From: Vermamoeba vermiformis
Lineage: Eukaryota
Length of the DNA: 64,000 bases
Reading direction: 5' to 3'
Assembly: GCA_045837725.1 (NCBI GenBank)
Contig: JBEWZL010000011.1
Coordinates: 558,001 to 622,000 of the forward strand
This document shows, piece by piece, positions 52,350 to 64,000 of the stretch (the stretch's first letter is position 1; each line of letters starts with the position of its first letter). The notes beneath the pieces are model-generated. The model worked only from the letters and a program-made list of their open reading frames with translations. It was not told the DNA's origin and made no database searches. Both the position numbers and the translations under genes were made by a program.

Positions 52350-53960
52350 GTATCATAGCTGAAAACAGTTTGTGGTAATCAGTATCAAATTACCCATCTT
52401 TCGAATGCAATCAGGAGTTCTTTGTAGAACTCTGAAACTTAACAATCCTTTGATATACATACTTGCATTATCTTTGTTGGAGGTCGTCTTGATCAATTTC
52501 ATGATTTCCAGGGCTTCCAACCCAGACAGGGCGTCCGCCGTCACTAGGTTCTCATGGAATAAAAGGCTAATAGCACCTAATTGTCGTGGATACCTATATT
52601 TAGGATGAGTTTGATGGTTTCCTTGCTGGCCAAGCTCTAGGGATTGAGCTGAGGATAGTTCCTCAGTTTTTGAAATCAAGCTCCAAATGGCTCAAGTAAC
52701 AAAGATTTTAATAGCTACGGCTTGGCATGACATACGGAATTGTTTGCAACGTGGACATGTCAGAGTTCAATAGAAGGAATCAACATTTGCACTTTGTTAT
52801 GAGAAACTTCTCATTCACAACAATCCATTTCTGCACAGCTCTATGCAGAACTACATATCTATAGGATGATAGCTCAAATAGCACACAATTTTTGGATAGG
52901 ATGTTAAACTGTTCTTTGTGCCCCAAACATGTCCTGGTTGCAAAAATACGTTATTTTCTTGATAAAGACGCTGAAATTACATCCATTAGCCAAAATATCC
53001 AACTTTCCAATGTATGGTGATTACAATTCTTTCTCTATCTCCAGTGGCTGGAAGCTGATGTGGATGGAAAGTTCATACCTAGTAGTATCCTATATATGCT
53101 CTACCTACTGCAGCAAACAGAATTGAATTTCGTTAATTACTAACTTCAGCGGACGCCCTGTCCGGATCCGGACACCTTGTCCCTGGACGGACACCCTGTC
53201 CACGGACGGACGCCATGTCCCTGGAGGGACACCCTGTCCATGGACTGACGCCATGTCCCTGGACGTACACTGTCTATGGAGGGACATTCCGTCTAATTTG
53301 GGCAGGACAACCCATTGCTTTTTTGCTTCGCCTAGTAGGTTGAAATTGCAGGAATAATGGTTCCTCAGGCTTATGGCACCCAACACAAGAGTTCTTGCAA
53401 ACCCTCCATATACTATCTGGAAGTTTTTCTTGTCCGGGGCATGCAACTTGTCCAGGCAGATAACTAAGCCAGGCTGGACATCTCACCCTGGCTGGCTATG
53501 TCATCCACACTGGATTGGCCAGCCTTGTCCACAGGATGACCTCCAAAGAGTGAAACTCCTTTTCTTGTCCAGTGTAACAATTGGCGTGGGTTCCATCTAT
53601 CAATGGTCTATGTGCGAATAAGGGAAAGGCCTATCCTCAGCTGCCTTCTTTCCTCTTCAGTGGAAGTTAAAATGTGCAGGAAAGTCCTTTAAATTTGTAA
53701 TAGTTCTACAAAGAACTTTCACTTACCAAGCAATTATGCAAAGCAAACTGACTGTGACAGAAGAGGAACTATAGCAAAAATTGGAGATAACGTACCCAAC
53801 AGAAACTTTTTGATTGATGAGGTAGGACTATGTAGTCGTTTTGGCTGGCTTGGCATGCAAAATGACAATAAATCTGAATTACTATTCTGTGCAGCACACA
53901 TGGCTTCTGTGTAGAACAATATCATTATTCAAAGCAACTATTTACAGTTTATCTACATTA
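52350..53960. other. CpG-depleted non-genic island, possibly a decayed mobile element
   Basis: 1.6 kb between convergent genes where other convergent gaps are mostly around 100 bp or less; few CpG; no intact ORF recognised. Confidence 0.45.
53151..53294. repeat. 19-bp tandem repeat, ~7.5 copies, GGAC-N5-GTCC-N2-GGA(C/G)
   Basis: Units start at 53151, 53170, 53189, 53208, 53227, 53246, 53265 (shortened) and 53282. Confidence 0.9.
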
Positions 53961-53970
53961 TTTGTTAATA

Positions 53971-55958
53971 TTACACGAGTTGGGTAATTCGTGATGAGTA
54001 ATACTGGTTGAAGTCCAGATTTTGGAGCAGCTTTGTTAGGTACGGTGCTTGGCGATACATTCCACTAAGCAGAGTGAACAGTAGGCGTATACGCTGTTGG
54101 AAATCGCTGAACAATTGCTCAAACAGCTGCTCGTCCTCCCTGTTGATCATATCGCAGAACGCCAGACACACCTGTCGTACACCATCAATAGCGCGCAGTA
54201 AAGCAGGCGCAGCGAAGAAGCTCTGTTGCATCACCGTCACCAAGTAGTCCTGATGCAGGCGCACCACTTGATCAAAGTCGGCGTTGGGATCTTTCATCTT
54301 TTCAATGGCCTGCGCAAACTGTTCCTCCACCACATCCACCTGCAAATATGACAGCAGACTGTCCAACACGTAGCCCATCTGTGAGCGCAGCAAATTCACG
54401 CGGCGTTGTGCAGGGCTCGTCACACCACGTTTTTCCGCTGGTCGCACCACGCGCCTGTCACTCCAAATTTGGTCAAGACGCAACTGCACTGCCTTCAAGT
54501 TCCAGTAAAATGTGAAGATTTTGCCATATTTGTCTAAAATGTTGCTGTTGAGCAGCAGATTGATGGGCCAGGGTGCGGAATAATTCAGTTTGAGCTCGCC
54601 CTCCGCTCCGACACTGACGCGCAATGCTTGCACCACGCGCTCGTCGTGCTGCGTGATCAATTTCTGCGACAAATCTTGAAACACGAGATTGAGATCTAAA
54701 AATAGCGTCAGATCACGTGAGAGCACTACATGCCACCGTACCGTTCTCGTGGTGCGGGGTCAGTGGTCCGGACAGCAGTTTCTGCGCGCCGTTCATGAAT
54801 CCCAAGTAGAACTCGCCGTTGGTGAGCATGAAGAATTCTTTCAGCGTCCAAAAATAGCCCTGCAGGTTGTAGTCCTTAAATAGCATTGCAATCATTTTTG
54901 TGGCCAGCTCGTGGCGCAGTTGATCTATTTTTAGCTCCAGATCGATCGATTGCCACGCTGTCGTGCTGAACACGTGCTCGAGTCGCGTCGCCAAAGTCAC
55001 GTGATCGCGCGCTGTCACTTTGCCAGTCAGTTGCAGCACTTTGCTCGCTTTGCCCATAAATAGAACTGTCTCGGCCAGACGCGGGGAAAACATTTCGGGC
55101 ACGCGCTCTTTGACAATCACGTACCGGTCCCTGTTTGACACGCGTCAATTGCAGTACGGCGCAATGTTACCTCTTACCAAATTCGGTGGTTGACATCTTT
55201 GACGTGTGCTTGGGAATCAACGACGAAGAAATCAAACGCCATGCCCAAATTAGGAAGTGTCGCGTAACTCATCCAGAATACCAATTGCCTTAAATAGAGC
55301 GATTGCCATTTTTGGACTACGATTCGTGCCCTGAGCAACAGTTAATCATCAATAAATTACCAAATAAGGCAATTACCAGTCCGTGGGAGCCAATGTCAAC
55401 AACTGCCAGGCACGTGACACCAGTGCTGCGACGGAGCGACTAATTTGGAAGTCCTGTCAATGCGCGGTCAGTAACAGGTCTGCACATGACACGTGTCACT
55501 TGGAAACTCACGTGATGCTGTCGTGCAGAGCGGTCAATCTCGAGCAGGAGATCGAAGAGAGATTTCAGTGCTGTCAACTGATCGAGTGCCACCAACAGTC
55601 CTGCCGTCGTCCGTTCACTGAACGTCACTTCTTCACTGAACGCGCGATAAATCTGTGCAATCACGTACGAGGACAAGGCACGCGCGACAGCTTTTGACAG
55701 CGGAGATACACCGGAGATTGCACCGGTCTCGCTCACCGACCACGTGTCGAGCACGCGCAGCACGAGTGAGGCTTGGTGGCACAGTGCCGCGAGCTGTGTG
55801 AGGCGTGCGTGCTCCACGTGATCGAGCAGGGCAGTGAGTTCAGCGGGCACTAATAATAGCAGCGCATTGGCGTCACTCGGCTGCGTACTGGATGTGGGCG
55901 CGTACTCGAACAAATAGCGCCACTGACCTAGCGCAGCGTGCAATAATTCGTGCTCCAT
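53971..55958 (-). CDS. TUBGCP4: Gamma-tubulin complex component, GCP4-like
   Basis: MEHELLHAALG start; LAETVLFMGKA; LKEFFMLTNGE; LNYSAPWPINLL; SYLQVDVVEEQF; LTKLLQNLDFNQYY. Confidence 0.82.
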
Positions 55959-56612
55959 GTAAGTGAACTGTTGTATTGTCTAGAACTCTGCGTTATTTTA
56001 ATTACTAATATTAGCATTATTTAATAAATTTTCATTTTTATTTTGGATCCAAAATACTGACCTGGTATCTAACAGTGTTGTAAATCAATTAGTCTCATAC
56101 CACGGCTGCTAATGTAGCGCTATAGAGCAGTTCGATGTTACAGCACTCCTCCAACACTAACTAGTTACAAATAATACAACTACTTTTGCGCGCCAACAAA
56201 TTGCTCGGTCAATGATTGGTCAAAATATCGCACCTGTCAACGGGCATGTCACAACGAAACGGGGTTGGTTGTGGCTGAAATGTTCTGCGCATTCAATGCA
56301 ATGGTCCACATTTGATCAATCCAATTAAATATTAATAATTTATTGCTCGATCTGAACAGATTCACATAGAATTCAGTTGTGATTGACAAAATACCAACTA
56401 ATAGAACCCGTTCACAATAGGTATGCAATGCAGTGTCGTAATTAATTAATTGTCCCTCCGTTATTTTAATTTAATTAAATTTAACTCCAAAGTTCGATCT
56501 AATTAATAATCATTAAATAACGCCTCGTTACCGATATTATACAACTCGATCAATGTCGCATTATTATATCTGCTCTTCTAATCTCCTGCCCATTAACCGC
56601 GTCAGCAGATCG

Positions 56613-58642
56613 ATGGACCAAGTAGAGTGGCAGAACTTGGACTCGACGGACATTGAAGACAAGCCCACCTTCAAAGTGGTGCTGCTCGGTGCGCAGAGTC
56701 AGGCCGAAGAGGTGCTCTACACCTTCAAGCACAACGTGTTCCCCGAGCAGGGTGTCTACTGGGGCACGAGCAAGGCCGCGGAGAGCTTTGGCTGGTGGAC
56801 CTTCCACTACCTGTCCGAGGGTACGTCACTTGCCTAATTTGGGCACTCACTCACCCCTCCCCCCCCTACCAGATAAGGCAGTGCCCTACACCGTCACCTA
56901 CGTGCTGCAGAAGCCCGGTAAGTGTCACGTGTCGTTGCGGTACGAGTGCGCGATTGACACGTGTCAACAGAGGACCAGTACCAGAAGCTGCGCTACGTCA
57001 ACTACCCGTCCAATGTGCAAGTGCTGTGCTACGCGGTGGACGAGCAGGCCTCGTACGACAAGCTGCACTACTACCACGCCGAGTTGCAGCAGGCAGATCC
57101 GTGCGCCCTCACCGTGCTCTGTGCGCTGCGCATTGACTCGCGCGAGGGGGACCCGGCTGCGGCACTCAAACAGCGCGGAATAACTCCCATCAGCACTGAG
57201 CAGGGTCAAGCACGTGCCCGCGAGCTAAAAATAGCGCACTACTTTGAGATTTCAGCGCGCACGCGGCAAGGACTCAAAGAATTCTTCGAATTTTTTCAAC
57301 AAATTGCCGATCCGACGGGCACCAAGCGCATTGACAGCAAAGGCGAGCTGTGGACAGTGTTGGACAAGATGCCACCAGTGCCACCAGCCCCTGCCGTGCG
57401 TGTGGATGCCTCGAATATTTGCAACGAATTGCGGCAAAGTTTGAATTCTCCGCTGGTGGCAGATGTGGTGTTCACGCTCAAAGGTACGTTAGTGGCACGT
57501 GATTGGACAAATCACTGACGTGCTAAAAATAGATCGCGTGATCTACGCGCACAAAGTGATGCTGTCACTCGCGGCCTCGGTGTTCAAAGAATTGTCGCTG
57601 CTGGCACCTGACAGCAACGATCACGTGGTCAACAGAATTTATGCAAACACCCTCTTCACCAAGGTCTCCGAACACGCATTTGCAGGCAGTCGGAACAATC
57701 GCGTGTCAGCCATGGTGCGCGACGACATTGACCACGAGACCTTCATGACTTTGCTGGAATTTATTTACTCCGGCACGTGCAATATCTCCTCGCTGGAGAT
57801 TGCGAACACGATTCAGCACATCATTGCTGGCTCGAGCTTGTTTCATTTGCAGCACATCTGCAAAAATGTCGCTGCAGGCAACCCCCAAGCCAATGCAGCT
57901 ATTTTTAGAGTCACGCAGCAGCACGTGATGCAACACCTCGCGACACTGCACAGCAAGACGCGCAAAGTCTACAGTGACGTCACGCTGGTGCTGGACAACA
58001 AGCACGTGACTGCGCACCGTGTCATCCTCGCCGCCAGATCGGGATATTTCCGCGATCTGTTCATGAAAAACCCTGAACAATCACGTGTCGAACTGAACGA
58101 CATGTCACCTGCCGCGTTCAATGCTTTGCTGGAATTTATTTATACTGGCAAGTGCAGTTCACTGAACGCCACCCTTGCAAGCGAGCTGTTGACAGCAGCG
58201 CAGTTGTTCCGCACTGAACACGTGCTCGTGCAGCTGTGCGAATCAGCCCTGGTGAAGAGTGAACTCCGTCCAGGTCAGCAAATGACACTTTTTGATGGTG
58301 ACGCGTAACTGACAGGTGTCAAACACAGGTCTCGGCAACATTGACAACTCCAGTACACGTGCTGCTGCAGTGTTGCAATGTATTCGCACTGCGCAGAACT
58401 GCAAAGCGGAACAATTGCTCGAATACTGCGCGTGGTACGTCCGATCGACGGAACAATATATTAATTACATCAACTAACAGTGCGACAGGTACGTGGGCAC
58501 GCACTCGGACGATTTCAGTGAAGAGCAGCTGCTAAATTTAGCGCAGAGTGCCGAGTTCAAGACGCGACTGGAGCGCCATCAATTCCCGCCAAAAAACACG
58601 CTCGTCAAGGGCGTGAAGGGCCGATACTGCGTCATCTCGTAA
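56613..58642 (+). CDS. RhoBTB-like protein (degenerate Rho-like domain, two BTB domains, CaaX)
   Basis: YQKLRYVNYP, YFEISARTRQGLKEFF, PPVPPAP linker, ADVVF...AHKVML, YSDVTL...AHRVILAARSGYF, ends CVIS*. Confidence 0.82.
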
Positions 58643-59032
58643 CGCAGTTATTTCCTTTTTTGTACAGTCTGCCACCAGTGCTGGCAGTGTAATTTAATGT
58701 TGTAAATTCTCGCTTCAGATTTAGATGTCGCTGACTGCTGATGAGGGACTATGCGTAGTTACTAATATCTGCAACACTATCACCCGCACCACCAGTCCCC
58801 ACCACCGAGCACGTGATCAATCATCATGTGCCCCACACCTATCACTCCCCCCATGTGACCGTTGCCGTGAAATCTCCCAGGACCAGTTTTAACGCAGCTC
58901 TGCGTCATTTTTGTTATTGTTCTCTGCCGAGTTGAAGTCACTCGCTCTATATATTATTGTTCTCTAAATAATAATCCTTTCATTATTATTTAATCATCAG
59001 ATCAAACTTGTCGATCCAAAAAACAGATCGTG

Positions 59033-62000
59033 ATGAGTGACTTGGCCCAACAACTGCGCAAGAGAAAAGATCAGACTGTAGGCACTACACAGCGTTCTAT
59101 TCACGTTAAGCCTAGTCTTTTGTTCGATGGACGTGAAGCTGCGCGCATCGAGACAACTGCCATCCATCTGTTGGCTCTGGGTGGCTTGGAACAGCTCAAA
59201 AAATTAGAACCTCGCCTCAAATCATTTGAAGCCACTTTGGTAATATTTATAAGCCATTTAAGTTTAATAATTGAATTATTATTTGCTCGGGATTTGGATT
59301 CGGATCACGATCGCGATCTTGTTTTGTTAATTAATGATGGTCCTCGCAAATACAACTACTTACCTCTTCCTTACAGTTCGCGAGTCCGAGCAACACGGAG
59401 CTGAACCGCGAGAGTCAGACCAAAGAAGCGAACCGTCGACTCGATGAGGCCATCGAGAGCTTTTTGTCGTTGGTGTCGCCGTTCTTCTTATTGAAGGCCT
59501 CGCACAAGTGCTTGGAGTATCTGATTCGTCGCTACAGCATCCACGAGCACAACAAAGACGCGCTCGTCAAGTGCATGCTGCCCTATCACGCGAGCAACGT
59601 GTTCGTGCGCGTGGTGCAGCTGATGGCACTCAAACACACGCCCTGGGAGTTCTTGGAGGCCTGCAAGAAGAACGGCGTGCCACTCGATCGCAAGGTGCTC
59701 GTCGAACACGCGGCTAAAAATAGGAGCATTCTCACCTTCGTGGCCGAGACCGTCAAAGAATTCATCGCCAACAAAGCGCAGTGCAAATCTCTCATTGCCT
59801 TTTTTGTCGCGCTCGTGCTCGAGACTGTCGGTACGCACCTCACTTTGACACCTGTCACTTGCCCGCACTAACGCGCTACATTTAGCTCGCAGCGGAGATA
59901 TAGATTCGGAGCTCGTCTCCGCGCTGTTGCCTTATTTGTTGCACGGCTTCAAGTCTAAAAATAGCGACTATCAGCTGAGCAGCATGATGATCACGTGCGC
60001 GCTGTGCAGTACACCGCAGAAGTCACGTGGTCTCGATCGCGCGCTGCTGTCCTCGCTGTTGACAGCTGTCATTGCACACGCGCAGCCGCACCACCATCAC
60101 CACGCACTGCTCGCGGCCCTGGTCGTGCTGTCCGACGAGCGGTTAGTGAACGATGACACCTGTCAACTGCCCGAGGCGACCTTTGACACGCTCACGCAGT
60201 GGCGAGATTTCACGACCTTGCTCAAAGAGGTGGTGGCACAGGGATACGCCATCGACAATTTGGTTCGGCCATTTTTCCGCTCATTGACCCGCGCAGTGTA
60301 CGTGATTGCCTTATTTGGTCATGGATTAGCTTACTAACTAGCTGTATTTAGTATCGCACGTCCCGAGTTGATGGAGACCCTCACTTGCCTTATTAAGGAA
60401 GTGCCCGTCGGCGATCAGATCTCAGCCCTGGTCGGTGAACTGCTGGCACTGTTTGAAGCTAATTATAGCGCGCTCAAGAACAACGCGGCATTCTGCCAGC
60501 AACTGAAAGAAGTGTTGCACGTGATCGATCGGAAATATCCGAATGAGCTCGACCAGGGCATCGAGACCAAACTCCGCGGTGTCACGCCCCGCACTCAGCC
60601 CACGTGGATGACGCTATTTATAGACACGCGCCACCACCCCCTCGCCCTGACCGAGCGGAACAACTCCGACTACACGACCGTGGCCTCTGGTCTCAAGGCC
60701 CTGACACGCCCCCGCGCACGTGTGTTGGCCCTGGATCACTTGCTGGCACTGTCACGTGACGAACTGGCACCACTGATCAGCGGAACATTGATGCAACACC
60801 TCGGAGATAGCAATCTCGAGCTCGTACTGCACGCACTGCAAGTACCCGATTTGGTCAAGCGCGTGGAGGCACCTGCCTTATTTGGCATGCTGTCCTCGCT
60901 GCTGCGCCAGTCACGTGTGCAGCAGAACAAGCACGTGCTCAGTCAAGCACTCCACGTGATGACGCAGCCGTTCATTGAATCGCACCCGCTGTACGCAGAA
61001 CAAGCATTGCCTTATTTGGTCAATCACGTGCTCTTCCTGACCGACACCCTCGAAGTCAACAGACAGGCGCTAAAAATAGCTCTGTCGTACCCGCACGAAC
61101 TGTTCTACGCCTTCAAAGCTGATCGCGTGTTGACAGGTGACGTGTCAAAAGTGTCAAACACCGACCTCAACGTGCGTGTCATTGAAGCACTCGCACGCGC
61201 CATTGCCACTCGACCAGGGCTGCAACAAGTGGTGACGCGCTTGGTGGCATCGAGTCACGTGCCTGTCCACGTGCCTGGCACCGCACAGCTGGCACTCATT
61301 CGCGCCCTGCATTTGACAGCTGATGACACGCGCCTGTCACTCGCCAACCTCGCTCTCGAGATCTGCGCACGTGACTGGCAGTCCGAGCACGTGACACACA
61401 TCGCCCCCTCGATCGATCAGCACGAAGGACTTCCTAATTGGGATACTGTCGCATTCGAAGAGTTCGTCGCGCGTCGTCCCGCACGTGTCTCGGAATTTCA
61501 GTTCTACGCCCTGCGTCACGTGCTCAAATCTGTGACTAAAAATGGCATCACGGAGTCGTACAGCTTCGTGAACAGCGGACTGCACGGACTGTTGGCCAAG
61601 CTATTTATAGTCATGACCTCGAGTGGGCCAGATATGACCAGCTTCGACCAGCACTTGAAACTGCTCTTTACCTTTTTGGGCAATCAGCTCACCAACTTCT
61701 TGGCCTATTTTTGGACCGAGCCGGAGATATCTCCGCTCATCTCCGTGCGCAGTCTCCGCGTGCTGAACACGTGGCTGCGAACAGCGACAGCCAATCACGT
61801 GACTGCTGCCCTGCCCGCCCTGCTCGCGGCCCTGGCTCACAATTCTCCGCACGTGCGCGCTGCAGCCCTGGCATGTGTCACCACCCTCGCGAGCAGCACT
61901 GCAATCTCGCCGCTATCTCCGCTGCTGTCACGTGTCATTGCCCAGGCCGCAGAGTTCGTCGCGTCACCGAAGCACTTGAGCACGTGGACACGTGCCGTGT

Positions 62001-64000
62001 GGGGTGTCAACAGCACACCTGTCAGACTCGGTGACACGGAGCGTGCGGAACAATTCCTCGCATTGACAGATGTCACGCTGGCCTCTCCGCTCACGTGGGT
62101 GCGTGTCAAACTGCTGTCCGCGTTCAGTGCGGTGGATGACACGGGACTGCGCGTCAAACTGATCTCGCGCACATCTCCGCACTTGACAGCACTCTTGACA
62201 CGTCTGCAAGTGACAGGTGCCACCGTGACACTCGCCGAGGCACGTCTGATCGAGACTTTGCTGCGCTATTATTCCGTCGCCCTGCCGCACCACACCGTGG
62301 AGGAAGTGCAGCCCTGGTTGACGGCCATGACATTGCAGTTCGAGAAGTATTTCCGCTCGCTGACACACGACAGCGCGGACGATATTACCATATTTGGCGC
62401 TGAGGACCCTACGATCGATCAGAGCGCATTTCCTTATTTGTTCAATCCCGCGCGTCTGGCCCTGGAATGCATTCATGAACCAGTGTACAAGACAGCGTCA
62501 CGTGACATTCAAGCCGCGCTGTTCACCACCGTGCTGTCGCTCATGCTGTCAAAACACGCCAAGATTCGCGCCCTGGCACAGAGTGTCATGCGACGGAAAA
62601 TTCCGGCCGTGGATCACGCGCTCATCTCGCACGAACTGGCCACGTGCCACCGCGAGATCTTGGCGGTGATTGAACGTCATTCACCGAACAAACGCAAACG
62701 TCAAAAGAGGTACAGTACGCCGAATGACACGTGTCACTGTAACTGACATGTTTGACAGCTCTGCCAATGACACGCCGAGCAGCGCCTTGACACCCGAGAT
62801 GGAACAAGATCTGGACAGCCATTTGACACGTGTCACTGCCCTGCTCGAGACATTCCAGTACCGACCGCAGTTCTTGTCGCGCGAGCACGTGCCACTGTTG
62901 TTTGCCCTGGTAGATCTCATCATCGACCAGCAGCACAGTGTTGGCAAGCGTAAGTCCCTCGCATGTCCAAATAAGGCAATATCTCACGCAGTATCTCCGC
63001 GCAGATCCCTCGATCGAGTACATCACGCAGCAGGTGCTCGGCAGTTTGACACTTGTCACGCAGGCCCTGGTCGATCACGCGCTCACGCAGCAGCAGTTGA
63101 CGGCACTCGGCGCGGAATTTCACGTGGACAGCATCGTGCAGGTGATTCGCGTCAGTCAGGATCCCTCCGTGCAGAAGAACGCGTTGCTATTTTTAGCCGC
63201 AGCAGCACGTGTGTTCCCCGCGCGCGTACTGGAGCACATCATGCCGATATTTACTTATATGGGTGCCAGCAGCGTGCGCTTCGACGACAATTATACATTT
63301 TTGGTCATTCAAAAGACCATCGAGGCCGTGGTGCCAGCACTCGTGCAGTCACGTGACACTTTGGCACCGCTGACGCTGTTCGCCGCATTCGTGCAACACA
63401 TCGGAGAGATCCCCGCGCATCGGAGATTGCTGCTGTTCTCGATGCTGCTAAAAATACTCAGCGCGCAGTACCTCTCCGTGCTGCTGGCACTGCTCTTCTT
63501 CAAGCACGTGCACCTCACCGCCACGGCCACTGCCAAATCGGGCACTGACAGCATCGTAGATTTCTGCAAAGACTTGTGCCTCAAGTTCGAGCCCCACGAA
63601 GTGTTGCAAAGCTTCAATCTATTTTTAGCCAAGTGCAACGACGCCGCCACCTACTTCCAAAAGAAGCGACGCGGAGAATCTGTCGCGGATCTCGAGCGAG
63701 ATTTGGCGGCACATGGCATCGACAAGCACGTGACTGAACACAGCGTGGTGCACGTGACCGGAGATTTCGTGAGATTTGTGGCGAGTTACGTGAGCAGCAA
63801 AGAATTCGTGCAACAAATGATCGATCTCGAAGGCGAGGCCGAAGAACGCACGCAAAGCTTGAGTTTGACACTTTTGGAAACCGCCCTGGTGCATGTCAAA
63901 CAGCTGTCCGCACAACAAGCTGCAAATGACAGCAGTCTGCGCGACGAATTGAAGCGACAAGTGGACGACAGCTACGAACTGATCGATCGCTGCAACGAAT
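59033..64000 (+). CDS. UTP10: HEAT-repeat protein UTP10/HEATR1 (5' part, runs off the window)
   Basis: MSDLAQQL, SLLFDGREAA, SPFFLLKASHKCLEYLIRRYSIH...LPYH, HIMPIFTYMGASSVRFDDNY, IPAHRRL. Confidence 0.93.

Larger units (their letters stand above)
13800..64000. repeat. Dispersed, highly iterated palindromic or dyad words inside gene bodies (CACGTG, TGACANNTGTCA, CTAWWWWTAG, CCWWWWWWGG, TTCACTGAAC)
   Basis: Examples: TGACACGTGTCA 13865, 28272, 46838; CTAAAAATAG 24453, 44711, 59714; CCTAATTAGG 24529, 25270, 49011; TTCACTGAAC 16301, 47369, 55614. Confidence 0.9.

Noticed and set aside
53151-53294. CRISPR-like array
   Set aside because: Units are contiguous 19-mers with no unique spacers, there are no cas genes, and the context is eukaryotic
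52353-53925. Short ORFs in the CpG-poor island as transposase or reverse transcriptase remnants
   Set aside because: No recognisable catalytic motifs in the translations
9322-64000. Ribosome-biogenesis gene cluster (RPS20, UTP14, URB1, UTP10)
   Set aside because: The genes are separated by many unrelated genes; plausible by chance in a compact genome
43600-64000. CACGTG arrays as yeast-type centromere CDEI elements
   Set aside because: Dispersed through intact coding exons with no CDEII/CDEIII-like context

Overview
Compact, intron-rich eukaryotic (protist) DNA. It is probably amoebozoan, which is an inference from TLDc, RGS, RhoBTB-like and G8 gene content and ~45-60 nt GT-AG introns. About 23 protein genes are present: ARP2 (3' end), a BAH + triple-chromodomain chromomethylase-like C5 DNA methyltransferase, two tandem F-box-like paralogs, an EF-hand protein, RPS20, an RGS-C2 protein, an ankyrin/TRAF-zinc-finger gene that appears to carry a secretory ankyrin gene inside an intron, UTP14, PHAF1, a TLDc protein, an orphan, a PEX26-like gene, two bacterial-like secreted enzymes, HYOU1, RAB5IF, ATG12, PRP19, a G8/CEMIP-like surface protein, URB1, HDAC8, GCP4, a RhoBTB-like gene and UTP10 (5' part). 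The most striking signal is that many gene bodies (exons and short introns) are saturated with a small vocabulary of palindromic or dyad DNA words resembling transcription-factor sites: (T)CACGTG(A), TGACA[CG/GG/CC]TGTCA, CTAWWWWTAG, CCWWWWWWGG and TTCACTGAAC. These words occur in several reading frames and visibly shape the protein sequences, while other genes and all 5' ends lack them. Also notable are the CMT-like enzyme outside plants and a CpG-depleted island with a 19-bp dyad tandem repeat. Gene spans include introns and were inferred by eye; motif counts are approximate hand counts.
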